From Candidatus Latescibacterota bacterium (GTDB lineage Bacteria > Latescibacterota > UBA2968 > GCA-2709665), in contig OZ244937.1 of NCBI GenBank assembly GCA_965222075.1, forward strand, positions 704,001 to 768,000: DNA of 64,000 nt, written 5' to 3'. Below, in pieces: positions 63,619 to 64,000 of the stretch; positions within the stretch are counted from its first letter, which is position 1; every line of letters begins with the position of its first letter. A program made the position numbers and the translations under genes. The notes under the pieces are model-generated. The model saw only the letters and a program-made list of their open reading frames with translations. It searched no databases and was not told the origin of the DNA.

Positions 63619-63671
63619 ACCCTTATATTGTGGGGTGCACATAATTATAATACAAAATGTTGGGTTGTCAA
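63619..63671 (-). promoter_or_regulatory. nrdR-nrdJ promoter with tandem NrdR boxes
   Basis: TTGACA-16-TATAAT (63671-63644). acccttatattgtg (63619) and tacaaaatgttggg (63651) each match CACWATATATWGTG at 10/14 and lie 32 bp apart. Confidence 0.7.
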
Positions 63672-64000
63672 GAGAAATTTGGCCGGTTTGGGGTCACTTC
63701 CGGGTATGGTTTCAGGATAAGAAATTGAGGAACAATCGGTTAAGAGAAATTGAAGAAAAAGATCACAACGGACACGAAACCATCCCCCCCGGTCCCACAC
63801 GAAAGGCGCCCCCCCGGTGTGGTGCGGTCCCGGGTGGAGGGAGATGGGTTTCGTGTTCCGAATTTTCTCCCTTGTCTTGTCCCTCCGGAAAGTCGTATAT
63901 TTACTTATTCCCCTGTTTTGTTCAGTCCCCGGTCTGTAGGGTGCTTTCTTTTCGATTTTTTCCTATTCCGATGACTTCTCTTTTGAACCGTTTGAACTCC

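Noticed and set aside
63750-63974. 74-aa ORF at the right edge
   Set aside because: No motif, atypical composition, and probably intergenic sequence.

Overview
GC-rich bacterial chromosome segment, probably from the FCB superphylum. This is inferred from a SprA-type outer-membrane protein and a Fibrobacter-like LexA box and is not certain. Positions 1-7.8 kb are an accessory defence-like island with a frameshifted type IIG restriction-modification gene, a UPF0175/DUF3368 (PIN) toxin-antitoxin pair, a relic copy of the R-M gene's 3' end, and a large frameshifted HNH-nuclease fusion running off the left edge. The rest is mostly core genome: aspC, an SDR, a phosphohexomutase, DUF2953-ytfJ-ATP-grasp, and a suf operon ending in a radical SAM gene whose UGA looks like selenocysteine (C-U-AEP tail plus SECIS-like hairpin). 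It continues with an 11-subunit nuo operon lacking nuoEFG, a PqqD-family gene, lexA, a sprA-comEA-pilM-like-coaD-NYN-obg-dprA run, lptFG, two tRNAs, wecB (probable ATT start), a tetraheme cytochrome c, and nrdR-nrdJ. The most unusual item is an intact-looking 537-aa LeuRS paralogue that lacks the whole HIGH-containing half yet sits behind a complete Leu-codon leader-peptide attenuator.
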